Shown piece by piece: positions 37,184 through 51,029 of a DNA stretch of 64,000 nt (positions are counted from its first letter, which is position 1; every line of letters begins with the position of its first letter). Source of the stretch: Octopus bimaculoides (lineage: Eukaryota); assembly GCF_001194135.2 (NCBI RefSeq), contig NC_068983.1, positions 84,660,338 through 84,724,337 on the forward strand, written 5' to 3'. The notes under the pieces are model-generated. The model was given only the letters and a program-made list of their open reading frames with translations, was not told the DNA's origin and searched no databases. A program made the translations under genes and the position numbers.

Positions 37184-37210
37184 CTGAGACGAAGAGCAAT
37201 GCCCCGAAGC
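37184..37210 (+). ncRNA. Degenerate hammerhead-like remnant
   Basis: ctgagacgaagagcaatgccccgaagc resembles CUGACGA-a-GAGC aau GCUC-GAAAC with several lesions. Confidence 0.25.
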
Positions 37211-38565
37211 TTTATATTCTTTCTGGAATTTGAACTTATCAAACTCTTTGTATCAACACTCCTATGGGTTAATTGTTGCTGATGCAGACCATCATCAGTT
37301 TCCTTGGCTTTCCGATTTTGCCCTATTGGTAACTAGCAAGATTCATTTAATAAAAATACTAGAGCCAACTTATATTCATTCTTCTCTCACAATGGAGTTG
37401 CCCGAGAGATACTCATTGAACTTTCAATGTATTTATACGATTTGTGTGTTTAGTTCCGAATGAACCCTCAATGAGTAACCTTATTATCTGGTTTTGATTC
37501 CTGATTCCTGTTACAACCATTTCACCTCATCTGTGTCACTAATGCTCTTGAAATAAATCGCCAGAAAATTATAAGTACCCCACTTTTCTCCCCTCCATAA
37601 ATGTTAGATTTTGTGTTTATAAGAATAGAATTTTCAGAGAAGAATTAATCAAGTTAGTTTCCTATAAGCTTCTCCAGATGCAGTTTCAAGATTCGAACAC
37701 AGAACTTCAAACCAAATTTCCTCACTTAAATTATACAATAACAGGGGGTTCTTGCAACGGAGTATTTTTTATTTAAGCTTTTGTAACTTTAATCGAATTG
37801 GGCCACAGAAAGGGTTAAACAAGTTTCTTATTTCGATGTGAGAGTTAAATACATTTAGAGTTATGAATATTTAGAGACATCAATGACTCAGCCTAGGATC
37901 CTTGAAATGTTGCCNNNNNNNNNNNNNNNNNNNNNNNNNNNNNNNNNNNNNNNNNNNNNNNNNNNNNNNNNNNNNNNNNNNNNNNNNNNNNNNNNNNNNN
38001 NNNNNNNNNNNNNNNNNNNNNNNNNNNNNNNNNNNNNNNNNNNNNNNNNNNNNNNNNNNNNNNNNNNNNNNNNNNNNNNNNNNNNNNNNNNNNNNNNNNN
38101 NNNNNNNNNNNNNNNNNNNNNNNNNNNNNNNNNNNNNNNNNNNNNNNNNNNNNNNNNNNNNNNNNNNNNNNNNNNNNNNNNNNNNNNNNNNNNNNNNNNN
38201 NNNNNNNNNNNNNNNNNNNNNNNNNNNNNNNNNNNNNNNNNNNNNNNNNNNNNNNNNNNNNNNNNNNNNNNNNNNNNNNNNNNNNNNNNNNNNNNNNNNN
38301 NNNNNNNNNCCAACACGATATCACTGATGTAACCGTGAAGTATTAGAAATCTTTGAAAATATTCTTCTAAAGATTTTATTCTCACATATATTCTTTCCTC
38401 TCCTTTGCGTCTATTTTTATCTCGCGAACTTCAAGGGTGTTGGTCGTAATACCTTTTGTAGTTGCGGATGCATAACTTGCGACACGTTCCATTTCTCCTC
38501 CTTTTCCCACTTCATCCATATTGGGGAAGAAACAATTTTCAAAAACAGGCACACACAACGACAGA

Positions 38566-38629
38566 AATTCAACAATTTAACAATTCAACAATTTAACAAT
38601 TCAACAATTTAACAATTCAACAATTTAAA
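38566..38629 (+). repeat. Minisatellite (aattcaacaatttaac)x4
   Basis: Direct reading. Confidence 0.9.
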
Positions 38630-38639
38630 AATTTAACTG

Positions 38640-40500
38640 ATCCCGGTTGACACGCGCGGGGAAACCTACAACAATATATAATAACAGTGTGTAACAATTT
38701 AACTCACGTTCTAAAGAAATCAACACCAACACCCAAGATGGCTTGCTTCTGACTAGTGTTTGATGGTTGCCCTATTTTTATAGGGGGTTGATGGCTCAAA
38801 TTAGCATATGTTTTGAATAGGATTTGATTAGTAGAGAATAGTCACATGATTAGTCTTAGAAATTTTTGGAGGTTCCCCGCTACGTCTCTGTGTTAGTATC
38901 AAGTGACGATGTTTGGCGTCGTAAGTTAAGGCTGACACGGTTGACTGAACATGTACAAACAATCAATGCTCTGTTTTCTGTCAAGTGTTTGTAGAGAATG
39001 AACACATGATTAGGTTTATAACCTTTTGTATGTTTTCCGCTACGTCTGTGTTAGTTTCCCATAACAGCATATTTTGCGCCTAAAAAGAAGGCCGACACGG
39101 ATGAGTGATCATGTTTATTTACAATCAAGGCACTCCAAATTTAATCTGTCTGGTGGGACAGTGGACAGGAGTCGTTTGTATTTAGTCCAGTGGCTAAAGT
39201 TTAGGTTGTTAACTGTGTAGGTTCCTCATGTTAAGTGGCAGAATGAGTTCGTGTGTGAATAGTTATTTGTGTCTGTACTCTGTTAAAGCTTGTTAAGTCT
39301 TGGTTTGTATTTTCGTATGAAAGTATTTTCTTTGTTTATCCGTGCTTCATCTGTGGTATTCTCTTAACATAGTTAAAGTGGGAATACTTGGAATTCAGGG
39401 GACTTATTTTTTGCACGTGCTTGTGTCCACTCAGTGGAATCTGTCTAGTACTGGGGTCTCGTATTTGTTGTCGGTGAATGGTCAGTTTATTTCTTAGAGT
39501 GAGCTTTGTTTGACCTATGTAATCTTCATTACATCCTTAACATTTTATAGCATATATCTAATTCCTTGAAGAACATGGAAGGTGATTTTTACAGTAAAAA
39601 TATGGCCTGATTAGCTGTTGGTGTAGGAATTGTAGAAGGTAATTTAGCATTTGTGAGGAATTTTTTGAGGTACATTGATTGTCTTTTACTTTTGATTATT
39701 TTGTATATTTCGAATGCTTGTTTCATTCTTGGGTCTTGTTTTAGTAATGGAATGTTCTGGTAGATAATATTGTAAACCTTTGTGTTTCTTGGGTTGTGTG
39801 TTGTAATAAAGGGTAGAGTATTGGATGTATCTGGAGCGTTTTCCGTAGGTCTTGGATATTTATTGCTTTGGCATGTTCTATTCCGTTGTCTATCAACATT
39901 AATTGATATTGTCTTTCAAGTAGCACTTGTTTTAGTTCCTGGAGTCTTTTATTGTGAGTTTCAGGGTTTGAGAAAATTGTGCAGATTCTTCTTGCTAGAT
40001 TAAAGGGAATATTATTCTTCGTGTGTTTGAGATGGCATGAGAAGTACAGTAGGTATTGTTTAGAATCTGTTTGTAGTGAATATCTGTTCCAATATTTTTA
40101 TCTCCTTTGATGATTAGTAAATCCAGGAATGGTAGCTGAGTTTTACTGTATTCCATGGTATAGTTAATATTATTGTTTATGCTGTTGATTAGCTTTTTGA
40201 AATCTATAAATTGTTCAAATGTGTGTGTCCAAAGGATTTGGCAGTCATCTAAGTAACGTTTCCAGTTTTCTAGTAGATATTTGTGGAAGTTCAAACCATA
40301 TTTCAATTTAGATTGTTCATATATCTGGACCTCCATGTATGCCATGACTAGATTTGCGTAAGTCGGAGCAACTTTCGTGCCCATCGCAGTACCAGATATT
40401 TGTTTGTTAATACTGCCATCGAAGTAAAAAAAGTTGTTTTCGAGGATAAAAGCCACGTTTTTCTATCTCAACTTTTTGAAAATCAGTGTAAACTGTGAAA
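38640..40500 (-). mobile_element. 5'-truncated Penelope-like element: RT, thumb and GIY-YIG end (stop at 39283-39285) plus 3' region
   Basis: QISGTAMGTKVAPTYANL, WKRYLDD, LPFLD, then after a frameshift TDSKQYLLYFSCH..NIPFNLARRIC and the C-terminal RINKENTFIRKYKPRLNKL*. Confidence 0.92.
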
Positions 40501-40564
40501 CTGGTTAAAGCTTTAAATATATTAATAAAAATATTTTAACTATCCTCAGTGCAGTTTCAACTTC

Positions 40565-40678
<114 letters not shown>

Positions 40679-40719
40679 TATATAAACAATATATGAGTAT
40701 ATGCATATATATGTACATG

Positions 40720-40915
40720 TATGTACATACCTTCATCTACATGTACACATAGATACATAACTGGGTACATGACGTGGCAAAAGAACATGGACAAAATGAT
40801 AAACGAGGTACAACAAACAAGCAAGCCACATAGAAACATCTCCTTCATCAGCTGCCACCATTAAAACACCGGCGTTTCGAAGAATTAAGGCAATATGCAA
40901 CTACCAATACAATGG
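40720..40915 (-). repeat. Repeat related to family D
   Basis: Minus strand ttcttcgaaacgccggtg..gcagctgatgaaggag..gtcatgtaccca, same motif order as 30535-31045 and 56200-56690. Confidence 0.45.
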
Positions 40916-41889
40916 TAGGCAGCGTATAGATGCATACAAGTATTCGCGCGCACACGCACACACATACACACACAATGACATAAGGGTAAATTTTAAAAAA
41001 TATATTTGGTTCTTCCAACAAAGCACATAATTTTACCAGATTGATAACCTTGCATACACAAGACTTCTCTTCAACAATACGCCCAAATCACGTAAGAAAA
41101 CAAAACCCAAAAGCATATAATTTAACAAAGAAATGAAGGATTTAGCCCCTGTCCCAATGATAGATGATAAAGTAGAATATTTGGCAACACGTCAAACATG
41201 TATCATGTTAAAAGAGCACAGTATTAAGTTCTTAACAGATCCTAAATGTCAGGTTATTTAACCCGCTAAAAGAGACGTTTATAAGATGAGGATTGATACA
41301 GGAAGAAAAGATGGCAGGAAGAAGAAAGAAAAGAGAAAAAGAATGACGAAACGAACATATGTTAAGCGGAGCAGAGAAAAGGAGAGATTATGTATAAGTG
41401 TATATAGAAAAAAGAGGGAAGCATTTGTGAATATTTATAATGCAGTATATATATCTGGTTACGTATCTACACATATGCGTACGCATATGTATATGTGTGA
41501 ATATCTTAGTTCTATAGAAAATGTCTTAAATTCCTTCGCTCTGTACAGCGTATCTACAGACGTTTACTGAAACCAGGTAGACATTCGTATCAATATCACT
41601 TTAATAATTCTTTCTCCACGGTACATTGAAAAACACAGACGAACAAACACGCATGAGAGGGAGGGAGAGAGAGAGAGAAAGAAAGGGAGAAAGAGAGAGG
41701 CAGAGATAGATAGATAGATAGATGGAAAGAAAGGGAGAGAGAACCTGTGTAAACATATACGAACTGAACGAATAATAGAAAACTATATCATTGATATTTC
41801 AAGAATTTCATTTCCCACCATCGATTCAGGAACTCTCACAGTCCTTCACTATTATATTATTATTACTAATAGCTTCATTATTGATGCAC

Positions 41890-42752
41890 GTGATGTGTTT
41901 GCATATGCACACAACATCATCGTTACAGAGTCGGGCCAGAAACATCACTGCGCAAAGGGAATACGTGGCAGTTTCAGGAGGAAATATTTACAAGAAGTCA
42001 TTGGGCCTTCAACTCGGCACTTGGAGAAGCAGGTTCATGTCCAACGGCGAAGTAGGGCGTTGGGAGAAAGGATGTATTAAATTGCTCGGCGTTTGGTTTG
42101 TCTAAGTGGACAAGGACTAGGACAATTTACGAGCAGGGTATCCTGTCTCACTCAGAAATGAGCTGAAAAGAAACCATCCCTGAAGAGTCTGTCGGAAATT
42201 ATGAATGCTTACAATGCATCCATCATGTCTTTCTCCACGTCATGGCCGACCAGAAAGGAGCGCATGCTCTTTCACTTTGTGTGGAGGGGACGTATTCAGC
42301 TGATTACACAATCTAATTGCAGGCAACAATCCGTGGTGCATGATGCGTAGCCACGCGCTAAGGCAACACCTCCAGCGTTTCCTTGACGGTTTGCAAGCAT
42401 GGTTGCCGTTTGTCAAATGCACATTTCTGTAGCTCATCTCTTTGACAAAGCTGAAGTCCTGGGAGAAGTAGAGACAGACTGGGCAACTGACATCAAGAAT
42501 GTCGTCAAGCGCTCAGTCTTCTACCAGTTGGGCAATGCAGTTGGTGAAATTTCCATCATGGCGTCGTATAGGCGAAGAAGTGTGATGACGTTCCTGGAGA
42601 AACGCTGGGCATCGACAAAAATCAACTAGCTGCTTCGATCCTAAGGACTTTATCTCCAGGGCTTATGTATAATTTTCAGAAATCCCTGGCCTAGTAGGTT
42701 ACAGAGGAGCATTGCCGGTTCGAGACAAACTCTGTAAACATTGCAGTGCCGG

Positions 42753-42753
<1 letters not shown>
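41890..42753 (+). mobile_element. Decayed Tx1/L1-group LINE ORF2 3' fragment
   Basis: IKLLGVWF, KSLSEIMNAY, LFHFVWRGRIQL and PVRDKLCKH in broken frames. Confidence 0.7.
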
Positions 42754-42819
<66 letters not shown>

Positions 42820-43375
42820 GAGCGAGAGAGCAGTGCATGCCATCTAAGTGACACTGGGGTATAAATATATGAAACCCAATTTACCCATCATGACTACCCG
42901 TCTGATAAGGATACACCAGGCACATGCATCACAACCGTATGTGCGCGACATGGTGATCTCATATCAAGATAAACAGTGCATGGCCTTGCAGGTGGGGACC
43001 AGTTAGAATTTTCTTCAGGTTGAGTAGCCCATCCCACTAAAAAGGTCTCTGAATAAGGTTTGTTTAAGGATGACGAACGAAACATCCATGCTTCCAGAGG
43101 TGAATGATTCAAACTCTAAAGAATTCCTCTCAATACATGGCTATGATGCCCCCTCACTACTTCTGCTCGTGATCAGAAATACTCATATCGTCAGCCGCTA
43201 AAGGATGTGCTCAACCGGTTAAGCTCAAGCAACTGACAAGCAAATCTGTGGTATTAAGCAGAATATTTACTGTAGCCCATCTTTTATACCAAGACAAAAT
43301 ATGTACATGATAACACTTCCAATCAGTTAAGATCAGAAGCCATGAGAGCTAGTGCCTGGTACTGCATCAGAGCAC
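42754..43375 (-). mobile_element. Non-coding retroelement fragment with (AAT)n 3' tail
   Basis: ~560-bp GC-richer block ending in (ATT)22 at 42754-42819 on the + reading; recalled as a high-copy octopus repeat. Confidence 0.55.
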
Positions 43376-43470
43376 AGTGCCTGGCTCTCGAAGCATCAAC
43401 GCTTGTTTTTTTCCGTTCCAATTCACGACTGCATTTCACGCATTCCAAAATGAAAACTCTTTGGAAGTAT

Positions 43471-43539
43471 GGCGCAGGCTTGGCTGTGTGGTTAAGAAGC
43501 TAGTTTTGCAGTCACGTGGCTTCAGGTTCAGTCCTACTG
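43471..43539 (+). mobile_element. Isolated tRNA-like SINE head
   Basis: ggcgcaggcttggctgtgtggttaagaagc..ggttcagtcc with A- and B-box-like motifs. Confidence 0.6.
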
Positions 43540-43869
43540 TTTTTACCGATTGTATTTTATTTGCTTGCATATTTTAACGACATTTCTCTTTAAAAATGTA
43601 TACCAAAGGAACCTATCGAACAACCAAAGCAAACATAATTGTATGCAGTGATTATAAAATCATATTGCACTACAAAAAATGAACACTTACAACAAAAGAA
43701 GAAAAAATGCATATTTAATAGAAAAAGAAAGGAACACAAAGCCTACTCCATCTCTTTTGTTGCATATATAGTTTTTATACTTGACAAGAGTCAGAGAGAA
43801 ATAATTAATTAAGACAATGTTTTCCTTGCCCCAAGATTCAGCTATGGTAGCAGCTTTCAATTATCGACG

Positions 43870-44830
43870 AAATATTTAGACAATACACTGCATGAAATTT
43901 TGGAAGAAATTGTAACATAACTTTGTGGCATAACCTTTGTAACATAACCTTTGTAGCATAGATTATATTACAATTTGTTGCACTTTCAAGAATGAAGACC
44001 CAACCAAAACATATTGGCCAAAATCGTTGTACTTCCGCCTATACACTCCAGCACAAAGAATGAAGAAATACAAGGAACATTGAAACTATGTAGATCCAAG
44101 GCTGGTAGTTATTTTTGTATCAGCAGTATATACGGCTTGTTAAAGCAGTGATGTATAGTTAGGTGAGCCCATATGGATTTGCATATCTTAACGAACTTCG
44201 AAGGCCATCAGGCAATGTCAGGCTTGTGCCCTGTTGAAAGTGCTGAAACAAAGTGTATGAGATTGATAGTATGAAACCTAGTTGCTACATATGTATTACT
44301 AAGAGCCATCTGAGAATATTTTATCCCGAAGAACTGGCAAAACTTAGAAAGAAAATGAGAGAGGAAAGTGGTGGAGCGTAGCCAAGAGAACAAGAAGAAG
44401 AGCAAGCCCCAATTTTCAGAGCACGATCAGTTACAGCCCTAGAAATGGAAGGAGAGGTTACCTTGTATTCAGTCCCGGAAACAAGTGAGCTGATGCAGTG
44501 TCTCTTAACACTGCGATAAGCAGCGCCATTCTACCGTTGTGCTGCAAGGAAGAGGCAATAGTTGCCGAGGGAAGTAACCAAACTATGAAAATCAGAGAAA
44601 GAAATCATACACACAAATGTGACTAGCAATGACGGTGTGAACAATGAACTGAGATCCAGCAACATCTAATAAACAGAATCCTGTATCTGTGGCGCAAGCG
44701 ATCTTCTGATGATATAAAAATGACAGAAGTGCAGTTAGGGTTGGAATAAAGATTTGCAATGAACAAGTTGTTGGCAAAAACAATGCAAATATATTACGGC
44801 AAGCTGAAATATTGTTATCTTGAAGACGTG
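43870..44830 (+). pseudogene. Degraded coding-like segment of unknown identity
   Basis: Protein-like stretches broken by stops and frameshifts (TYWPKSLYFRLYTPAQRMKKYKEH; YPEELAKLRKKMREE..EQEEEQAPIFRARSVTALEMEGEVTLYSVPE; EIQQHLINRILYLWRKRSSDDIKMTEVQLGLE). Confidence 0.3.
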
Positions 44831-45628
44831 AGTTGCTATTTATTTTAACCAACTCAAAAATTGTTAACAAGTATCTTTGGTTGCACGTGACATTTTAAAC
44901 GGAACATTAACATAAAGCTCACCGGTCTCGGAGGTTGGCAAAGTTTGGATGAAGGGGTGAAAACATTGTCAGTAGTCTTTCTATAATCTCAAAATATCTT
45001 ATAATTTTTATTGATGTTCTTTTTTTTCTCCTTGACATTTCACCATTTTGGATGTTATCATCTTAATCATACAAATATTAAATTTCATAATTATTTTAAT
45101 TGTCGTTAGCAATATTAATTTTTCTCCTATCATTCAGAAGTTTATTTTAAACAGTATTTTATTATTTTTCTCCTTTTTTTCCATGAAAGGTTTTCAAATA
45201 TTATTGCTTTTATGTTTTATTATTATCATTATTTCTAATTTTGGTATCTATAAATTGGTGTGTATTTCGATTTTCACTTAATTCTGATCTCAGCTCAGAC
45301 ACGATAAATATAGAAATACTTAAAGTATGCGATAAGCTCATGTCTCTTAAGTAAATGAATACACACTCAACTTTAATAATATAGTTAGTAAGTCCTTTAA
45401 TGAACTATAGACATCTTGAATTCCTCTCTAAGAATTTGACAAATTACATATCGGTCTTAATACAGATATTTATATCTGTACTATCTACATACACACACAT
45501 GAACGCACACGCACGCACAAACACACACACACATACATACACATACATGTATGTATAATTGTGTATATACATGCAGACATAGATACATACATATATACAA
45601 ACGCATATAGACATACTAATATATATGT

Positions 45629-45733
<105 letters not shown>

Positions 45734-46649
45734 TAAGACTTTGGGTTATGTGTATTTAAGTGCCTGTACGTGTGTGCGTGTATGTGAGTATTTGTTGATG
45801 AGTGTGTGTGTATGTGTGTGTGTGCGTCAATGTCCATGCCAGCCAACTAACCAACTAGCCAGCCAGTCAGCCAGTCAGCCAGCCAGCCAGCCAGTCAATA
45901 TCTATGCTGTGCAGGTATATTTGTACGTAAGTCTTTATTTATGATAGTGAGATTGACATGAAAGAGAGCAATATTGATGTAAAAGACAAAAAAAAAAAAA
46001 AAGGAAAATAAAAATAAAAGCTAAACATTCTAACAATGTATATTTTAACAGCAAGTAGGTGTTTAAGAGGCAAAAGATCTTTAAGAAGTTGTAGATATTT
46101 AAAAAGAGGACACCTTTTATTGATTAATGATTTTATGGAAACATGATGAAGAAATTTTCCTTTCAAAACATTTGATTTTCAAAGGAACACAATTTTTTTC
46201 TTTTACTTTTTCATTTTGTTTTGACACTATGTTTAGATATATGTATTTGTGTGTGTATACATACATGCATACGTGCATACATACATACTTCGATATATAT
46301 GTATGCATTCATACACATATACATGTATACATTTATATGCATACATACATTTTGTATACATATATATATAAATGTATGTGTATACATGTCTGCATGTACA
46401 AACACACACACGCACACACACACACACGCACACACACGCACACACACGCACACACACGCACACACACGCACACACACACACATATAAGTAAGCATGTATG
46501 AGTGTGTGAGTGTGTGAGTCTGTGTGCGTGTGTATGTACGTGCATCTGCATGTATCTCTTTGTATTTTTCCTTCCAACATGTTGCATTCAACACTCGATA
46601 ACATTTAACGTCTACGAAGAGTGTCTTGTGCTCTTTTCTTAAGTTTGTA

Positions 46650-46737
<88 letters not shown>

Positions 46738-49700
46738 GGTGTAAGTGTGTTTGTGTCTTGATGTGTGTTTGTGTCTTGATGTGTGTTTGTGTCTTGATGT
46801 GTGTTTGTGTGTGTGTGTATGCACTTGCATGTCTATGTGTGTTGATAACATAACCATCCTAAATAGAATTGTATTAAAAAGTAAAGACTAATATAAACAT
46901 AGTTTACTGCACCCGAGGAGTAAACAGAAAAATTATTGTTCGCTGAAGTAACTCAGACTTGAAATTCTAAACCCATGATGGTGTAACGTTACCACTAACA
47001 TCACTACCATAATCCTGATTGCTAACTTACAAAATCCCGCCGTGGACGCTCACTATAGGGTATCGATAGTATCGATTAATTCCGTTCCCCACATAATTTT
47101 CTGGCTTTGTGTCTATACTAGAAACCATTATTAACTCCATATTAATACTCAGTCTTCCACACACACACACACACACACACACACATGCACACACACACAC
47201 GTACATACACACACACACAGATTATATATATATACATGGATATACATATACTCGCAAGTACAGACACGCGTATGCATACGTATGAGTGTGCGTGTGTGTG
47301 TATATATATATATGTATATATATGTGGATATATATATATATGTGTGTGTATATGTGTGTGCCTGTGTGTGTATATATATATATTGTTACCCTTATCTTAT
47401 TTTGTTTACGTGTTTTGGAAGCTGAGCGATCGTTGTAGCGCCGTTAGTTAGTGCTATATACTTTTCCCATTACATAACGCGAAATCTGCTTTGTATCTCA
47501 CGGGTTCACTTCCCATAATATTAGAACAGTTTTTAACTGATTGTACACATCTCTTTTTTTAAAATGTGACGGCAACTGTCACTAATATTTTGCTAAAGTT
47601 TACTCGTCGGTAAATATTTACTATGAGATATAACTGCAGAATGTCCAGAAGCCACTCCTCAAAGACAAATCTCCAGCATAAGAGTAGTTGTTATTTCTCG
47701 CTTAATACTCAGACGTCTTAGCCACTAGGTATTTTAAACGCAGAACTTTTGAGTTGAGTCACTTATACCTAAGACTTCTCTAGTGATTGACCCACAGAGT
47801 CGGACTCTTGCATTCTTTTTACAGAGAGGGACTTATACCAGTTATCCAAAATCTTACCTATTTGCAGGGAATTCTTTAGGAACGTCTCACTGTCCATTTC
47901 TCATTGTTTGCTTCGTGTGTATGGGATAATCCCTGTTCCTTCGGCGAGGAAACCATTTGGCGCTGTAACAACTTAGTTCTTTGGGATAAATGCGTTGATA
48001 TGTTTCCGGTAAAACCTTTTAAGGGGCTTGTACGATTTTACTCTATATCAATACATTCTGGTTAATATGCAAATCTTTCCTTTCGTTACTGCTCAACGTG
48101 GGACTGGGTAACAATATCTGTTATTAAATCGTCCAGATTTGTATAGCTTCCAAAATACAAATATTCGGTGTTAGTATTTTAGGCGCACTTTTGAAAGTTA
48201 TTTGCTTGTTGAGAAAGATTTGATAGTTCAAACAGATCAAGCAACTCCGTAAAATCTACCTTTCTGATTTGAATCATGATTGCAGTAAATTCTTTGAGTA
48301 TGAAATATTATTTTTAGCATCAAAGCCATAATGGTACCTAATTCCTGACATTCAACGACACAGCTTTAATAGCGGTTCGATACATTCTCGTATTCCTTTG
48401 AACGCACAATCGTCTTAATGAAAGCGTGTGTATTTTCGTAAATTCGTGTGCAAACAAACATATATTCAAGTTTTTATAGCAATAAATCGATATTATATTA
48501 ATAAAAAATAGATGTGTGAACTACTTGGGTAAAATGCTTCAAAGATACAAATAACTACACCATACAATATAGTAGTAACAAAATGTGTAAACTGCTTCGA
48601 TATGAATGCAACTATACAATCTAATGTAACTCTTCTGTGAACAAGTAATGAACAGAGTCTGTGTCAGTTTCTTATATTAAAACTACTGAACCATGAAAAG
48701 TCTATTGTGTGAATTAATGAGTAAAGTAAGGAAATGAAATTTACTGAAAAACATAAACAAAATGAAAACAAAATATGTTTCAATACAGTATTTATGTTTG
48801 ATAATAATTTAGTTTCTGCCCTGAAAGTTTATTGTTTGGTAATGTTGATATTATTTTACCAACATTTCATTAATTATAGAACTAAGTATATAACATTTAT
48901 TGCTTCTATAGGTTTCCAAATATTTGTTAAATAACAACATCTATATTACATCTCTATAAAAGCGTCTGGTATATTTTTCTAGTTTTAATCATCACAAGCT
49001 ATTTATCTAACTTAACAACACAAAACAAATCAATGTTTATTTTCATTAAATATCACATAACTTCATTGTAACCACTTGTTTATATTTCTGTTTAACTGTT
49101 TCAGTGGGTAGTCAACTTGACACAAAGGCAACGGTGTCATTGATGAAGCTTGGAAGCAACAATCATGAATCTTATGGTTCTGGGAATTATATTTGATGGA
49201 TCCAATTACGCGTCTACCTCATAATCTTCAGGAGATTTGAAAATAAATAGAAATCAGTATGATTAGGCTCAAAAAACAGAAGAAATAGAAATGAATGTGT
49301 TTGACTTCACGGTTGAGGAACAGACAATTTTTGATCGAATCATTAACATATTTTCTTGGCGGTGGGTTACGTTACATAAACCAGTGTGGTTGAAAGGAAC
49401 CAATCATATGACATTTGGGAAAAGGGAAAGAAAAACAAGAAAACAATGGCCCATCGGTATTTTCTGCAATATATGCTTTTGGTGAAAGTTTACTTCTGTC
49501 CAGGAAACCAGCAGGCTCAGTGTACTATTTGAAAAAGGCAAAGCCAATATGCAATAAGGAACACATATAAACTGCTGAAAAGAAAAAGAAAAAAATGGTG
49601 ACTGGTACATATATATATGTATGTGTGTGTGTGTGTGTGTGTATAGGAGTGGCTGTGAAAGAAGCCCGTCGTATATATATATATTTATATATATATNNNN

Positions 49701-50280
49701 NNNNNNNNNNNNNNNNNNNNNNNNNNNNNNNNNNNNNNNNNNNNNNNNNNNNNNNNNNNNNNNNNNNNNNNNNNNNNNNNNNNNNNNNNNNNNNNNNNNN
49801 NNNNNNNNNNNNNNNNNNNNNNNNNNNNNNNNNNNNNNNNNNNNNNNNNNNNNNNNNNNNNNNNNNNNNNNNNNNNNNNNNNNNNNNNNNNNNNNNNNNN
49901 NNNNNNNNNNNNNNNNNNNNNNNNNNNNNNNNNNNNNNNNNNNNNNNNNNNNNNNNNNNNNNNNNNNNNNNNNNNNNNNNNNNNNNNNNNNNNNNNNNNN
50001 NNNNNNNNNNNNNNNNNNNNNNNNNNNNNNNNNNNNNNNNNNNNNNNNNNNNNNNNNNNNNNNNNNNNNNNNNNNNNNNNNNNNNNNNNNNNNNNNNNNN
50101 NNNNNNNNNNNNNNNNNNNNNNNNNNNNNNNNNNNNNNNNNNNNNNNNNNNNNNNNNNNNNNNNNNNNNNNNNNNNNNNNNNNNNNNNNNNNNNNNNNNN
50201 NNNNNNNNNNNNNNNNNNNNNNNNNNNNNNNNNNNNNNNNNNNNNNNNNNNNNNNNNNNATATATATATATATATACCTT

Positions 50281-50396
50281 GTTTTTCATCCCCCCGGATC
50301 GATAAAATAAAGTACCAGTCAAGTATTGGTACTTCATTTTATCGAATAATTTCCTGAAATCAAAATTTTTGGCCTTGTGCCTAAATCAGAAACCAT
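50281..50396 (+). mobile_element. Partial SINE (family A) with an internal fold-back
   Basis: gataaaataaagtacca..tggtacttcattttatcga followed by the ggccttgtgcctaaatcagaaacc tail. Confidence 0.7.
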
Positions 50397-51029
50397 GTAC
50401 ATTTTTCTGAAGAAAGATCTAAGGCTAATTCTTTGTCCTTTTAAGGGATAATTAACCCTCTACCTTGCCGGTATTTAAATATTAATTTTACATTTTCTGT
50501 TCTGTAATTCGTATGTAACACGCAAAAGAATATGTTTAAAAGGTTGAAGACTGAATTTTCCCTATGTAAACAATTGGATAATGTTTCTTCTTATTCAGGA
50601 TGTTTTTGTGCAGATTTAATAAATTGCCTTCTTAAGAGAAAATGGCTGTCGAAAGCGGTAGTGTGTTGAGAACAAATGTAAAATCAGAAAGAGAGTACGA
50701 AAACGGTAAATGTTTGGTGAACAGAAAACGTCTCAAAACCTAATATAGACAATATATACATACATTCATAAATGCAAAAGCAGTTCTATTTCGATATCAA
50801 AATATATATGGTATCTCAAATACGAAAGAAAAAAAAACCAACTTTATCAGAAAATGAAATCTTGTCGAGAGATGAAAACCATACAACGAACATGAAAGCA
50901 AGTTCAGTTTGTGCAGATCTGAATAATTTAAAATATCAACTTCAAAGAAATTGCCTTTGAGTGATATCCCTTGACATACCGGATATGTTGTAAACCATCA
51001 AATTCCTATGCAGAAACCGTATGACTTAC

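Noticed and set aside
38637-38666. ctgat-cccg...cggg-gaaac as a hammerhead
   Set aside because: Lacks G8/A9, has no stems I or III, and is antisense to the Penelope ORF
45048-45281. Very hydrophobic 77-aa ORF, possible NUMT or membrane protein
   Set aside because: TTG start, explained by extreme T-richness; no mitochondrial protein motif recognised
47852-47990. Minus-strand donor TAG|GTAAGA and plus-strand acceptor ctttttacAG
   Set aside because: All frames close quickly; no paired site
50299-50345. 19-bp hairpin as a pre-miRNA
   Set aside because: It is a fold-back of the SINE central block
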